From contig DASTWS010000030.1 in assembly GCA_035776755.1 (NCBI GenBank), positions 172,150 to 236,149 of the forward strand: a stretch of DNA of 64,000 bases. The letters are read 5' to 3'. Below the pieces are notes generated by a model. That model made no database searches. It saw only the letters and a program-made list of their open reading frames with translations, and had not been told where the DNA came from. Source of the DNA: Verrucomicrobiia bacterium (GTDB lineage: Bacteria; Verrucomicrobiota; Verrucomicrobiia; Limisphaerales; UBA11358). The position numbers and the translations under genes were made by a program. How positions within the stretch are numbered: the stretch's first letter is position 1; every line of letters begins with the position of its first letter. This document shows, piece after piece, positions 49,471 through 59,537 of this stretch.

Positions 49471-50055
49471 TTGAAACGCCACCTTCCATTCGCGCTCACC
49501 ACCTTGCGCCTGTTGCTCGGCCCAATCGCCCTGCTCTGCGCGTTCGCAAACGTTCCGCGCTGGATTTATTTTCCCATTCTTGTCACCGCAACGCTCTCGG
49601 ACATTTTCGACGGCATTCTCGCGCGTAAATTCGGCGTCGCCACGCCGGCGCTGCGCCGTTACGACAGCATAACGGACGTGATTTATTATCTGTTCATCCT
49701 CGCTGCGGCATGGGTTCTATGCAAACCCGTCATCACGAAAAACCTTTTGCTCATCGCGTTGATTCTTGTTTCCGAATTTGCCGTCGTTCTCGTTTGTTTT
49801 CTTAAATTCAAAAAATATCCGGCCACGCATTCGTATCTGGCAAAATTTTATGGCATTTGCCTCCTCGCCGCGCTCACGGCATTGCTCGTCTTCAACGCCG
49901 GCAATTGGGCGATCATCTCCCTGACGGCCATTGCGCTCGCGGCCAACCTGGAAATCATCGCCATCCATTTGCTGATGAATTTGCCGCCGGTGGACGTGAA
50001 GTCGGTTTTTGCTTTGCCAAAATCAAAGCAATCGCGGGACATAAATCCGTTCTAA
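49471..50055 (+). CDS. CDP-alcohol phosphatidyltransferase family protein
   Basis: DIFDGILARKFG...DSITDV matches DG(x)2AR...G(x)3D(x)3D. Multi-TM. TTG start 3 nt after the upstream stop. Confidence 0.75.
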   Translation: MKRHLPFALTTLRLLLGPIALLCAFANVPRWIYFPILVTATLSDIFDGILARKFGVATPALRRYDSITDVIYYLFILAAAWVLCKPVITKNLLLIALILVSEFAVVLVCFLKFKKYPATHSYLAKFYGICLLAALTALLVFNAGNWAIISLTAIALAANLEIIAIHLLMNLPPVDVKSVFALPKSKQSRDINPF

Positions 50056-50085
50056 TTGATCGTTAAGCCGGCCATGTCGGCTGCT

Positions 50086-50119
50086 ACAAAAAATAAAGCC
50101 GCCCGATTTGGGCGGCTTT
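50086..50119 (-). terminator. Intrinsic terminator after the small basic-protein gene
   Basis: AAAGCCGCCC-gattt-GGGCGGCTTT at 50095-50119. On the minus strand it is followed by ATTTTTTG. Confidence 0.75.
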
Positions 50120-50137
50120 GACTTGAGAAAAATTCCG

Positions 50138-50251
50138 TTAGGCGGCAGCGGGAGCGGCCGTTTTGCGCTTGGCTTTCACGGCCACTTTCTTTCGCTTGAG
50201 GTAACTCGCGCGACGTTTTCTTTTCAAGACTTTGTTGTATTGTTTGCCCAT
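50138..50251 (-). CDS. Small highly basic protein (37 aa)
   Basis: MGKQYNKVLKRKRRASYLKRKKVAVKAKRKTAAPAAA. ATG at 50251. Strong terminator immediately downstream. Confidence 0.5.
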   Translation of the reverse strand: MGKQYNKVLKRKRRASYLKRKKVAVKAKRKTAAPAAA

Positions 50252-50294
50252 AATTTTTATTTTGTTCGTGTATTCGATTTTTGTGGCAGGCACT

Positions 50295-50834
50295 ATGCAG
50301 ATTTCAATGAGATATTTCAATTACTATTTCGCGCTGGCCGCGGCACTCACGCTGCTTTGCGGTTGCCAGACCGATAAAAGCAAATCCAGCGTCGGCATCC
50401 TCCGCATCCACATGGAAACGCCGGCGGACAATTTCGGCATCACGCAAACTGTCTCCGTGATGCGCGATGACCCGGTGAAAGTCAGCATCGCCAAGGAACC
50501 GGTTTTTTCCGAAGCAAACCTTCTCGCCGCGCGCCTGATGGAAACGCCCGGTGGATATGCCATCGAATTGAAATTCGATGAACAAAGCGCGCTGATGCTC
50601 GAACAATACTCCGCGTCCAATGTCGGCCGCCATTTCGTCATCTTCGCGCAATGGAGCGATAAAGCTGCCGATGGACGATGGATTGCCGCGCCGTTGATCT
50701 CGCATCACATTGCCGACGGCGTCCTGGCATTCACGCCGGATATGTCACGCGAAGAAGCCGAACAACTCGCCACCAACTTGAATAAAGTCGCCAAAGACAA
50801 TCACGCCGAAGGTTTCAAAAGTTTGTTCAAATGA
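50295..50834 (+). CDS. Lipoprotein, unknown function
   Basis: MQISMRYFNYYFALAAALTLLCGC lipobox. Weak resemblance to SecD-like periplasmic motifs (NVGRHFVIF). Confidence 0.6.
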   Translation: MQISMRYFNYYFALAAALTLLCGCQTDKSKSSVGILRIHMETPADNFGITQTVSVMRDDPVKVSIAKEPVFSEANLLAARLMETPGGYAIELKFDEQSALMLEQYSASNVGRHFVIFAQWSDKAADGRWIAAPLISHHIADGVLAFTPDMSREEAEQLATNLNKVAKDNHAEGFKSLFK

Positions 50835-51841
50835 TTTTCGTCCGCGCCTTCTGTTTCGCCGCGCTGCTTTTGGCCGCCAATGGTTTCGCGCAATCGCCGT
50901 TCGCCTTTCCCACTGCCAACCATTCCCTTTATGAAATCGGCGGCGACTTGAAATTTTTTGCGCCCACCGCGCCGGACAAACCCTGGACCAGCGGCAGCTT
51001 CGGCTGCGTGCGCAACGACGGCACGCGCATCCACGAAGGGCTCGACATCCTCCATTTGCAGACCGACAAACGCGGCGAGCCGACCGATCCCGTCATGGCC
51101 ACCGCTGACGGCACGGCCGTTTACATCAACCTGCGTCCGTCGCTCTCGAATTATGGAAATTACATCGTCATCCGGCACAACATTGATGGGATTGAAATTT
51201 ATTCGCTCTACGCGCATTTGAGCGCCGTTCGCGCCGGATTGAAGATCGGCGATGCCGTAAAAGGCGGCGAAATCATTGCGACGATGGGACGAACCTCGAA
51301 TGCCGAAAGAATTTTGAAGGAACGCGCGCATGTGCATTTTGAATTGGATCTGCTGGTCAACGACAATTTTGCGGCATGGTTCAAAAAAACCTCTCCCGGC
51401 GAACGCAATGATCACGGCGAATGGAGCGGCCTGAATCTCAACGGCCTGGACCCGCGCGAAATTTTAATTGCTGAACGCAATCCGGTAAAAAAATTCAATC
51501 TGCTCAATTTTATACGCGGACAGACCGAATTGTGCCGCGTGATTGTGCGCGCCAAAAATTTTCCGTTCTTGAAACGTTACGCGCAATTGATCGTGCCCAA
51601 TCCCGTGGCCGAAAAAGAAGGCATTGCTGGATATGAAATCGCCTTGAATTTCAATGGCGTTCCGTTTGTGCTGATGCCACGGGGGGAATCCGAAATCAAA
51701 AGCAAAGCGAAATTTCAATTACTCTCGGTCAACGAAGCCGAGGAAAAAGCGAATCCGTGCCGGCATTTGCTGCTCAAACGCGGCGGCCGCTGGCAATTGT
51801 CGAACACAGGAATCCGGTATTTGGAATTGCTGACGTATTGA
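50831..51841 (+). CDS. M23-family (LytM-type) metallopeptidase
   Basis: HEGLDI (HxxxD) and HVHFEL (HxH) motifs. Signal peptide. ATGA overlap with the upstream gene. Confidence 0.8.
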   Translation: MIFVRAFCFAALLLAANGFAQSPFAFPTANHSLYEIGGDLKFFAPTAPDKPWTSGSFGCVRNDGTRIHEGLDILHLQTDKRGEPTDPVMATADGTAVYINLRPSLSNYGNYIVIRHNIDGIEIYSLYAHLSAVRAGLKIGDAVKGGEIIATMGRTSNAERILKERAHVHFELDLLVNDNFAAWFKKTSPGERNDHGEWSGLNLNGLDPREILIAERNPVKKFNLLNFIRGQTELCRVIVRAKNFPFLKRYAQLIVPNPVAEKEGIAGYEIALNFNGVPFVLMPRGESEIKSKAKFQLLSVNEAEEKANPCRHLLLKRGGRWQLSNTGIRYLELLTY

Positions 51842-51852
51842 ATTTAATTCAA

Positions 51853-52302
51853 TTAACGAACGCGCAGCCAACGATTGCCTTTGATATCAATTAAATCAGC
51901 GTTTTCGATTTTGAACGGAGAAAATCTTCCATCGACTGTGTAATCGTTAACAGTTACCAAATTGTTTGAATCCAACAACCATCGAACCGTTTTTCTGGCT
52001 AACTCTGAATTGTTTTCCCAATAAATTTCCGAAAAGATTCCATTCCCATCCGACCTTAAATCTATTTTAAAAGTATTACCGCCGTGAGAATGAAATTCAT
52101 AAATGCCTGAAATGGTTTGCATCGCCGTTTCAGCATCTTTTTGTCGTTGAACCTCAAAACTCTCAATTGAATTAGTTTGAATATTTTCGGTTTTAGCTGG
52201 CACTGGCTTTTGGTGAAAATATTTCATCGTAAATCCAGCAGCGAAGCCGAACAAAATTCCCACGCACATGGCAATTACCCAATAACTGGTTTTTGATTTC
52301 AT
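51853..52302 (-). CDS. Hypothetical membrane-anchored protein (AT-rich)
   Basis: Single N-terminal TM (YWVIAMCVGILFGFAAGFTM). No recognised domain. Confidence 0.5.
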   Translation of the reverse strand: MKSKTSYWVIAMCVGILFGFAAGFTMKYFHQKPVPAKTENIQTNSIESFEVQRQKDAETAMQTISGIYEFHSHGGNTFKIDLRSDGNGIFSEIYWENNSELARKTVRWLLDSNNLVTVNDYTVDGRFSPFKIENADLIDIKGNRWLRVR

Positions 52303-52427
52303 TTTTTAATTCATCCATTCTGGGTTTCTAAAATTTCCTGTCGAGCAGAAATCATTTTCAAAAATTCCGAAATTTTTCAAACTCCGTTGGACAATTGAAT
52401 AAATTGTAGCATTATATTTTCACAGGT

Positions 52428-54944
52428 ATGAGTGACGAATCCATGAGCAATTTCACACCGCGTGCGCAACAAGTTTTGGCGCTCGCTCGAAAGGAAGCCG
52501 ACCGCTTCAATCACAGTTTGCTGGGCACTGAGCATCTGCTGCTCGGACTCATCAAATTGGGCCAAGGTGTCGCCGTCAACGTCCTTCAAAAAATGGGTCT
52601 CGACCTGGAAACCGTCCGCATGGAAGTCGAAAAACAGGTCGGCACCGGTCCGGACCAAAAGGTTGCCGGCAATATTCCTTACACGCCGCGCGTGAAAAAA
52701 GTCCTCGCGCTCGCCGCCAAAGAAGCCAAGGCGCTCAATCACACTTACGTCGGCACGGAACACATTTTGCTCGGCCTGCTCCGCGAAGGCGACGGCGTGG
52801 CCGCAAAAGTTTTGCGCAATCTGGACGTGGACATCGAACAAACGCGCCAGGAAATTTTGAAGGAATTGGATCCGAATTTTGCCGCCGAAGAATCTTCAAT
52901 TCCACAGGAAGGCGGACCGGAAAAGCAACCGGCGGGAAATGCCGGGGAGAAAAAAGGCGAAGTCAAAACGCCCGCGCTCAAGGCGTTCGGCCGTGATTTG
53001 ACTGAAATCGCCCGCAAAGGCGAAATGGATCCGGTCATCGGACGCAAAAACGAAATCGAACGCGTCATCCAAATCCTTTGCCGCCGCACAAAGAACAATC
53101 CCGTTCTCCTCGGCGAAGCCGGCGTTGGCAAAACCGCCATCGTCGAAGGTCTCGCGCAGGAAATCGCGAAAGGAAATGTCCCGGAAATTCTCCTGACCAA
53201 ACGCGTCGTGACGCTCGACCTCGCGTTGATGGTCGCCGGCACGAAATATCGTGGTCAGTTTGAGGAACGCATCAAAGCCGTGATGGACGAAATCCGCCGC
53301 GCGAAAAACATCATTTTGTTCATTGATGAATTGCACACGATCGTCGGCGCTGGTTCCGCCGAAGGCACGATGGATGCCAGCAACATCATCAAGCCCGCTC
53401 TTTCGCGCGGGGAAATGCAATGCGTCGGCGCGACTACGCTGAACGAATACCGCAAATACATCGAGAAAGATGCCGCGCTCGAACGCCGCTTCCAGGCGGT
53501 GAAAGTCGAAGCGCCTTCGATTGAAGACGCCATCGAAATTCTCAAAGGCCTTCGCCACAAATACGAGCAGCATCACAAAGCGGAATTCACCGATGACGCC
53601 GTTGCCGCCGCGGTGAAATTATCCGATCGCTATATCACCGACCGGTTTTTGCCGGACAAGGCGATTGATGTTTTAGATGAAGCCGGTTCGCGCGCCCGGA
53701 TCGGCACGATGACGCGTCCGCCTGAGACCAAGACGATGGAAGCGGAAATCGAAGACATCAAAACGCAAAAAGAGAAGGCGATCAAGAATCAGGATTTCGA
53801 AGGCGCCGCCGCCATGCGCGATAAAGAAAAGCAGGCGAAAGAGAAATTGGAAAATCTGCTGAAAGAATGGCGCACACATCGCGAAGAAAAACGCGTCGTT
53901 GTCGGCGAAGAAGATATTCTGCATGTCGTGGCGAAATGGACCGGCATTCCGCTCAAACGCATGGGGCAGGATGAAATGGCCCGTTTGCTTACGGTTGAGC
54001 AGGAAATGGAAAAAGTCGTTATCGGCCAGAAAGAAGCCGTATCCGCGCTTTGCAAAGCGTTGAAACGGTCGCGCGCGGATTTGAAAGACCCGCGCCGTCC
54101 GATTGGGACATTTCTTTTGCTCGGCCCGACCGGCGTCGGCAAAACGCTTTTGGCCAAAACGCTCGCGGAACAAATGTTCGGCGACAGCAAATCGCTCATC
54201 CATTTGGACATGAGCGAATACATGGAAAAATTCAATGTCTCGCGCCTCATCGGTTCGCCGCCCGGCTATGTCGGTTACGAAGAAGGCGGACAATTGACCG
54301 AAAAAGTCCGGCGCAATCCGTATTCCGTCGTGCTCTTCGACGAAATCGAAAAAGCGCATCCGGATGTTTGGAATATTTTGCTGCAGATTTTGGAAGAAGG
54401 AAAATTGACGGACAACGTCGGCCGCGTCGTCAATTTCCGCAACACGATCATTTTGATGACGTCAAATGTCGGCAGCGACACCATCAAGAAGCAAAGCACG
54501 ATGGGCTTCTCACCGATTTCCGACGAGAGCAGCTATGAGAAAATGCGCGAAAAAATTCTGGACGAATCGAAACGCGTGTTCCGTCCTGAATTCCTGAATC
54601 GTCTCGATGATTTGATCGTGTTCCGGTCGTTCACCAAGCCGGACCTCATCCAGATTTTGGATCTGGAAATTGAAAAAGTTTTAGCGCGGTTGCGCGGCAA
54701 AAACATCAAGCTCGAGCTGGACGACAAGGCAAAGGAATTTCTCGTCGAGAAAGGTTACAATCCCGATTTCGGCGCGCGCCCGATGCGCCGTGCGGTGGAA
54801 CGTTTTCTCGAAGACCCGCTGGCGGAAGAAATTCTCAAAGGCAGCGTCCACGAAGGCGATCCGGTGCAAGTCACCCGCGAAGGCGAAAAATTGGTGTTCA
54901 ACCAAAAAGCGCAAGCGACGGGGGCCGGCGTGGCGACGAGTTAA
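52428..54944 (+). CDS. clpC: ATP-dependent Clp protease ATP-binding subunit ClpC/ClpA-type
   Basis: Two Clp_N repeats, two AAA+ modules ([17 protein letters not shown]), UVR-like middle region ([13 protein letters not shown]). Confidence 0.9.
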   Translation: MSDESMSNFTPRAQQVLALARKEADRFNHSLLGTEHLLLGLIKLGQGVAVNVLQKMGLDLETVRMEVEKQVGTGPDQKVAGNIPYTPRVKKVLALAAKEAKALNHTYVGTEHILLGLLREGDGVAAKVLRNLDVDIEQTRQEILKELDPNFAAEESSIPQEGGPEKQPAGNAGEKKGEVKTPALKAFGRDLTEIARKGEMDPVIGRKNEIERVIQILCRRTKNNPVLLGEAGVGKTAIVEGLAQEIAKGNVPEILLTKRVVTLDLALMVAGTKYRGQFEERIKAVMDEIRRAKNIILFIDELHTIVGAGSAEGTMDASNIIKPALSRGEMQCVGATTLNEYRKYIEKDAALERRFQAVKVEAPSIEDAIEILKGLRHKYEQHHKAEFTDDAVAAAVKLSDRYITDRFLPDKAIDVLDEAGSRARIGTMTRPPETKTMEAEIEDIKTQKEKAIKNQDFEGAAAMRDKEKQAKEKLENLLKEWRTHREEKRVVVGEEDILHVVAKWTGIPLKRMGQDEMARLLTVEQEMEKVVIGQKEAVSALCKALKRSRADLKDPRRPIGTFLLLGPTGVGKTLLAKTLAEQMFGDSKSLIHLDMSEYMEKFNVSRLIGSPPGYVGYEEGGQLTEKVRRNPYSVVLFDEIEKAHPDVWNILLQILEEGKLTDNVGRVVNFRNTIILMTSNVGSDTIKKQSTMGFSPISDESSYEKMREKILDESKRVFRPEFLNRLDDLIVFRSFTKPDLIQILDLEIEKVLARLRGKNIKLELDDKAKEFLVEKGYNPDFGARPMRRAVERFLEDPLAEEILKGSVHEGDPVQVTREGEKLVFNQKAQATGAGVATS

Positions 54945-54948
54945 ATTT

Positions 54949-55170
54949 ATGAGCAGTCGCGAAATGGTCATTGACCTTGTCAACAAGCTGCCGAAAAACA
55001 CTTCGCTGGAAGAAATCGCTCGCGAAGTGGAATTGCTTGCCGGCATCGAAAAGGCACGGCAGCAAGCGCGACGCGGCGAAGGTGTTCCAGCCGAAGATGC
55101 GCGAAATTGTTTCTTTCATTGCAGAGGACAATTCCGGACGAGCAAAATCCTTTGGCAACGAACTCATTGA
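54949..55170 (+). CDS. Putative antitoxin of a ParE-type TA pair (C-terminus atypical)
   Basis: MSSREMVIDLVNKLPKNTSLEEIAREVELLAGIEKARQQARRGEGVPAEDAR resembles small helical antitoxins ending in G-x-x-V-x-x-E-E-A. The last 20 or so codons overlap the toxin N-terminus in another frame. Confidence 0.5.
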   Translation: MSSREMVIDLVNKLPKNTSLEEIAREVELLAGIEKARQQARRGEGVPAEDARNCFFHCRGQFRTSKILWQRTH

Positions 55171-55321
55171 TTGTGCGTTGACATTAGCCGAATTGTCGGA
55201 ACGCGGTCGCATTGTTCCCGAAATCTCTGACGAAAAAATTCGTGAAATTATCCATCGCTCTTACCGGATTATTTACGAAATTTTCCCGACGCAAAATGCT
55301 GTTTACGTTTTACGTTTTTGA
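55082..55321 (+). pseudogene. ParE/RelE-family toxin, C-terminally truncated by an in-frame TGA
   Basis: VFQPKMREIVSFIAEDNSGRAKSF...ERGRIVPE...REIIHRSYRIIYEI...VYVLRF, then TGA, then HGARGKPVIEECE-stop in the same frame (55322-55363). The conserved (I/V)LRxxHGAR tail is cut off. Confidence 0.6.
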
Positions 55322-55392
55322 CATGGCGCAAGAGGCAAGCCGGTTATTGAAGAATGCGAGTAGTTAAATCCCGCCCACTGCCATAACCACGT

Positions 55393-56337
55393 TCACGAAT
55401 TCCCGATCAAAACACCGGCAATAAAAACCAGCGCGCCGCCAAGAACGACTTGCAGCAATGCCGACACGAGCGGCGTGTCCATGAACCGATGACGAATCCA
55501 TGAAATCGCCGCCAATTCAATAAGCACCACGCCGACCGCCACGCCAACGGCCAATTTCAAATGCGGAATCAAAAATGGCAGCGTGTGTCCGAGTCCGCCG
55601 AGCGCCGTCATCGCGCCGCAGACAAATCCCCTCGCCCACGGATGACCGCGGCCCGTCAGCGAGCCATCGTCCGAAAGCGCTTCGGCAAATCCCATGCTGA
55701 TGCCCGCGCCCACGCTGGCGGCGAGGCCGACGAGAAATGTTTGAAAGGTGCTGTGCGTGGCAAATGCGGCGGCAAAGATCGGCGCCAGCGTCGAAACCGA
55801 GCCGTCCATCAAACCGGCCAACCCCGGTTGAATCACCTGCAAAACGAATAGCCGTTTCGCGCGGGACTTTTCATCTTCGCTCAATTTGGTATGCGCAATC
55901 TCTTCGGCGGTTTGCGCGTGATGCCGTTCTTCTTCCGCGAGATCGCCAAGCAATTGCCGGATGCCGGTGTCCGTTGTCCGTCTTGCGGCGGCTTCGTAAA
56001 ACCGCCGCGTTTCGACTTCCATGCTTTCAGCCGTTTTCTGGACGGCTTTCAATCCAAGCGGACGCACCAGCCAGACCGGTTTGCGCTCGACGAATCCACG
56101 CACGTCTTGCCGGCGGATGTGCGGGACGTGATTCCCGAATTTGCTTTTGTAAAGTTCGAGCAGCCGATGGCGATGACCGTCCTCTTCTTGGCGCATGTTG
56201 CGAAATTTTTCCGCCTGCTCGGGATAGTTGGCCTGCAAACCCTCCGCAAAATCTTCGTAAATTTTTGCATCTTCCTCTTCGAGCGAAACGGCCAGCGCCA
56301 GCACTTCGCGTTCGGTCAGGCTGTCGAATGTTTTCAT
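55393..56337 (-). CDS. mbfA: Membrane-bound ferritin-like protein (erythrin domain fused to VIT1/CCC1 iron transporter)
   Basis: N-terminal ferritin-like four-helix region ([11 protein letters not shown]...EEDGHRHRL...EEERHH) plus a C-terminal VIT1-type TM domain. Confidence 0.7.
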   Translation of the reverse strand: MKTFDSLTEREVLALAVSLEEEDAKIYEDFAEGLQANYPEQAEKFRNMRQEEDGHRHRLLELYKSKFGNHVPHIRRQDVRGFVERKPVWLVRPLGLKAVQKTAESMEVETRRFYEAAARRTTDTGIRQLLGDLAEEERHHAQTAEEIAHTKLSEDEKSRAKRLFVLQVIQPGLAGLMDGSVSTLAPIFAAAFATHSTFQTFLVGLAASVGAGISMGFAEALSDDGSLTGRGHPWARGFVCGAMTALGGLGHTLPFLIPHLKLAVGVAVGVVLIELAAISWIRHRFMDTPLVSALLQVVLGGALVFIAGVLIGNS

Positions 56338-57812
56338 AAATACGGCGAAAATAATCGCGCAATTGCGTCGCGCAATTTTCCTAAAAATGAGCGCGCATCC
56401 GCGTCAGCCAATTTAATCTCGCGTCCGGCGGCGATTTTCTTTTGTAAAAGGTTTTCCATTTCTGCGGCAAAGCTGCGTCCGTAACATTCCACGTTCAATT
56501 CAAAATTCAATCGCAGGCTGCGCGCGTCCCAGTTGGCCGAACCGAGCAAAACCCAATGGCCGTCCACGATCATCAACTTGGAATGGTCGAACGGCGGAGG
56601 CGTCAGCCAGATGCGACAACCGCGTTCCAAAACCTGCCACCACATCGAGCGCGACGCCCAATGCACGAAAGGCAAATTGTTTTTTTCCGGCAGGATGATG
56701 TCCACGCGAACGCCGCGAAGCGCCGCCAAATTCAATGCCGTGATGAGCGCGGTATCAGGAACAAAATAGGGAGTGAGAATTTCCACCGACGTTTGTGCTT
56801 CGGCGAGCGCGGCCAACAACGTCCAGCGCGCTTTTTCAAAATCTTCATCCGGACCGTCGGTGATGACGCGGGCGATGATGCGGCCGCTTTCGGATAATTC
56901 TGGAAACCACAATTCGCCGTCCAAAATTTCTCCGGTCGCAAACGCCCAGTCATTGGCGAACGCTTCCTGCAATTGCGCGACGACCGGACCTTCAACGCGA
57001 AATTGCAAATCCTGGATCGCGTTTCGCGGGATTCTCTTTTTGATTTCAACCGACGAATCCTCGCGCTGCACGCCGACTATATTTCCTTTACGGATATTCA
57101 TACCGCCGGTAAAAGCAATCTTGCCGTCAATGACAAGCGATTTGCGATGGTTGCGCAAATTGATCGTTGCCACCCGCCACGGCGTCAGCAGAGACGTGGG
57201 CAAAAATTTGGCGAATCGGATTCCTTTCCGCAGTAAACGCCAGGTGATGGGCGGAAAAGAATAACGCGAGCCGGCGGCATCAATCAGCACACGCACCTTC
57301 ACACCGCGCTTTTTTGCACGCGATAACGCCGCGGCAAATTTCCGTCCGCTGGAGTCGTTGTCGAAAATGTAGGTGCAAAACGAAATGGAGTTTTTTGCCG
57401 ATTCAATCGCGGCCAGCATCGCCGGAAAGGCTTCGTCGCCATTGACGAGCGGCTGGATTGTGTTGCCGGCCGTGAGCGGTTTGGTCACGACACGGCTGAC
57501 GACTCGGGCGAGCATTTTCAGATGCTCCGCGTCGGCGTGCTCCGGTTCGCCAAGATTTTCCGGAACCGGTTGTGAGATGACTTTGTCGAATTGCAGCGAT
57601 ACGGCGCGGCGGCGAAGGCGATTGACGCCCAGCGCGAGATACAACAGCGGTCCGAGCACGGGCACCAGCCAAATGATCCCCAGCCAAAGCGTGGCCGCGC
57701 GGGAATCGCGCTTGTTCAGGAGCGCATGGATGGACGCGAGCAGCGCGGCGAAAAAATCGAAGCCGGCGGCGAAGTGCGGCCAGAATTGCGAGAGCCGGTC
57801 AAGCCAGTCCAT
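56334..57812 (-). CDS. cls: Cardiolipin synthase (PLD family)
   Basis: Two HKD motifs (NHRKSLVIDG; DHSKLMIVDG) and N-terminal TM helices. Confidence 0.85.
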   Translation of the reverse strand: MDWLDRLSQFWPHFAAGFDFFAALLASIHALLNKRDSRAATLWLGIIWLVPVLGPLLYLALGVNRLRRRAVSLQFDKVISQPVPENLGEPEHADAEHLKMLARVVSRVVTKPLTAGNTIQPLVNGDEAFPAMLAAIESAKNSISFCTYIFDNDSSGRKFAAALSRAKKRGVKVRVLIDAAGSRYSFPPITWRLLRKGIRFAKFLPTSLLTPWRVATINLRNHRKSLVIDGKIAFTGGMNIRKGNIVGVQREDSSVEIKKRIPRNAIQDLQFRVEGPVVAQLQEAFANDWAFATGEILDGELWFPELSESGRIIARVITDGPDEDFEKARWTLLAALAEAQTSVEILTPYFVPDTALITALNLAALRGVRVDIILPEKNNLPFVHWASRSMWWQVLERGCRIWLTPPPFDHSKLMIVDGHWVLLGSANWDARSLRLNFELNVECYGRSFAAEMENLLQKKIAAGREIKLADADARSFLGKLRDAIARLFSPYL

Positions 57813-57875
57813 TCACCGGCGATGGTAAACCCCGGCAGCGCGATGGCAACGGAAATTGAAACCGCGGACTCCGAA

Positions 57876-58667
57876 TTATTCCCTCGCCTGCTTCAAAAAC
57901 GCCGTAGAAAATCCATTTTCAATTTCCTGGATTTCCTTCGCATCGGCGACGCCGTCAACGAATTGCCGCACGACCGGGTCCTGCGATTCAAAAAATTCTT
58001 CCGGTTTGCCGCTCGCGTAAATCTTTTTATTATGCAACATCAGCACGCGATTTCCGACGCGCCGCGCCGTGCGCATGTCGTGCGTCACAATGACGGTGGT
58101 CACTTTCAATTCATCGCGCACTCGCATCATCAAGCGGTCAATACTGTCCGAAACAATCGGGTCAAGGCCGGTCGTCGGCTCGTCATAAAGAAGGATTTGC
58201 GGTTCGTAAATGATGGCGCGCGCGATGCCAACGCGCTTTCTCATGCCACCGGAAAGTTCTGCCGGATTTTTGTTTTGTGTGCCCGGCAAATCCACGACTT
58301 CGAGCGCATGGGCAACACGATTCGTAATATCGCTTTCGGAACAATTGCCTTCGCGCCGCAACGGAAACGCGACGTTCTCCGCGACGGTCATGGAATCGAA
58401 CAATGCCGCGCCTTGAAAAACCATTCCGAATTTGTGACGGACACGGAGTAATTGGCGCTCGTTCATCGGCACGATGTTTTCGCCCTCAATGAGCACTTCG
58501 CCGGAATCGGGCTTGATGAGCCCGATGAGGTGCTTGAGCAAAACGCTTTTGCCGCCGCCGCTGCGCCCGATGATGGCCACGGATTCGCCGTTTTCGATGC
58601 GGAAACTCACGCCGTCAAGAACAGGCTGCGCGGCAAAACTTTTTTTCAGGTCGCGGGCTTCGATCAT
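57876..58667 (-). CDS. mlaF: ABC transporter ATP-binding protein, MlaF-like
   Basis: Walker A GRSGGGKS, signature LSGGMRKR, Walker B LLYDEPT. Overlaps the mlaE stop. Confidence 0.8.
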   Translation of the reverse strand: MIEARDLKKSFAAQPVLDGVSFRIENGESVAIIGRSGGGKSVLLKHLIGLIKPDSGEVLIEGENIVPMNERQLLRVRHKFGMVFQGAALFDSMTVAENVAFPLRREGNCSESDITNRVAHALEVVDLPGTQNKNPAELSGGMRKRVGIARAIIYEPQILLYDEPTTGLDPIVSDSIDRLMMRVRDELKVTTVIVTHDMRTARRVGNRVLMLHNKKIYASGKPEEFFESQDPVVRQFVDGVADAKEIQEIENGFSTAFLKQARE

Positions 58668-59437
58668 AATTGTCCCACCAATTTGCCCATCAACATCGTC
58701 AGGAAAAAGTTGGCGATCAATATCGTGATGGATGCATAAACGACGGCTTCAGTCGTCGCACGGCCCACGCCTTCGGCGCCGAGACCGCACGTTAAACCTT
58801 TATGACAGCCGATGAGCGTGATCACGCCGCCGTAAATGAACGCCTTCACCTGCCCCATGAACAAATCCACATCGTGTGAATAATGCAGCGTGTTCGCCCA
58901 GAGATAAACCGGTTCAATTCCAAGCACGTAAACATCCACGAGATAGCTGGCAAGAATCCCGACGGCGACCGCTTCCGCGGTGAGCAGCGGCAGCGCGATA
59001 AATCCAGCCAGGATGCGCGGCACGACGAGAAAATCCACCGGATGTGTGGCGAGCGTGCGGAGCGCGTCAATTTGTTCCGTCACGCGCATCGTTCCGATTT
59101 CGGCGGCAATCGCCGCGCCGACGCGCCCGGCCACCATCAGCGCCGTCAGCACTGGTCCCATTTCGCTGCACAGCGCGACGCTGACGACGGCGAGCGAGCC
59201 GGTGTCCATTTTTATTTTGTGAAATTGGAAATAGGTTTGCGCGCCGAGAACCATTCCAGTGAAAGCGCCGGTGACGAGCACGACGAGCTGCGATTTGACG
59301 CCGATGAAATAGATTTGATAGAGCAGATTGCGCCAGACGACTTTTCCGGTGAACAGCGATACTAAAACATCACGCGCCAGGAAGGCCACCTGGCCAAGTT
59401 CGACCAGCGCAGCACGTTTTCGTTCCAGCAAATTCAC
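58664..59437 (-). CDS. mlaE: ABC transporter permease, MlaE-like
   Basis: GPVLTALMVAGRVGAAIAAEIGTMRVTEQIDAL signature of the MlaE family. Confidence 0.85.
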   Translation of the reverse strand: MNLLERKRAALVELGQVAFLARDVLVSLFTGKVVWRNLLYQIYFIGVKSQLVVLVTGAFTGMVLGAQTYFQFHKIKMDTGSLAVVSVALCSEMGPVLTALMVAGRVGAAIAAEIGTMRVTEQIDALRTLATHPVDFLVVPRILAGFIALPLLTAEAVAVGILASYLVDVYVLGIEPVYLWANTLHYSHDVDLFMGQVKAFIYGGVITLIGCHKGLTCGLGAEGVGRATTEAVVYASITILIANFFLTMLMGKLVGQL

Positions 59438-59537
59438 AGGGAGAAAACTAACAAACTCAAATCGCGCGCGCCAGTTCTGGATTAAAGCAAAAACGGCGGC
59501 TGAAACATTCCAGCCGCCGTTTTGGAGATGACGATGA

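Noticed and set aside
55319-55321. Possibility that the in-frame TGA in the ParE-like gene is a sense codon (alternative genetic code or selenocysteine).
   Set aside because: TGA terminates several well-supported genes in this window at positions matching family C-termini. No SECIS-like hairpin is evident directly downstream.
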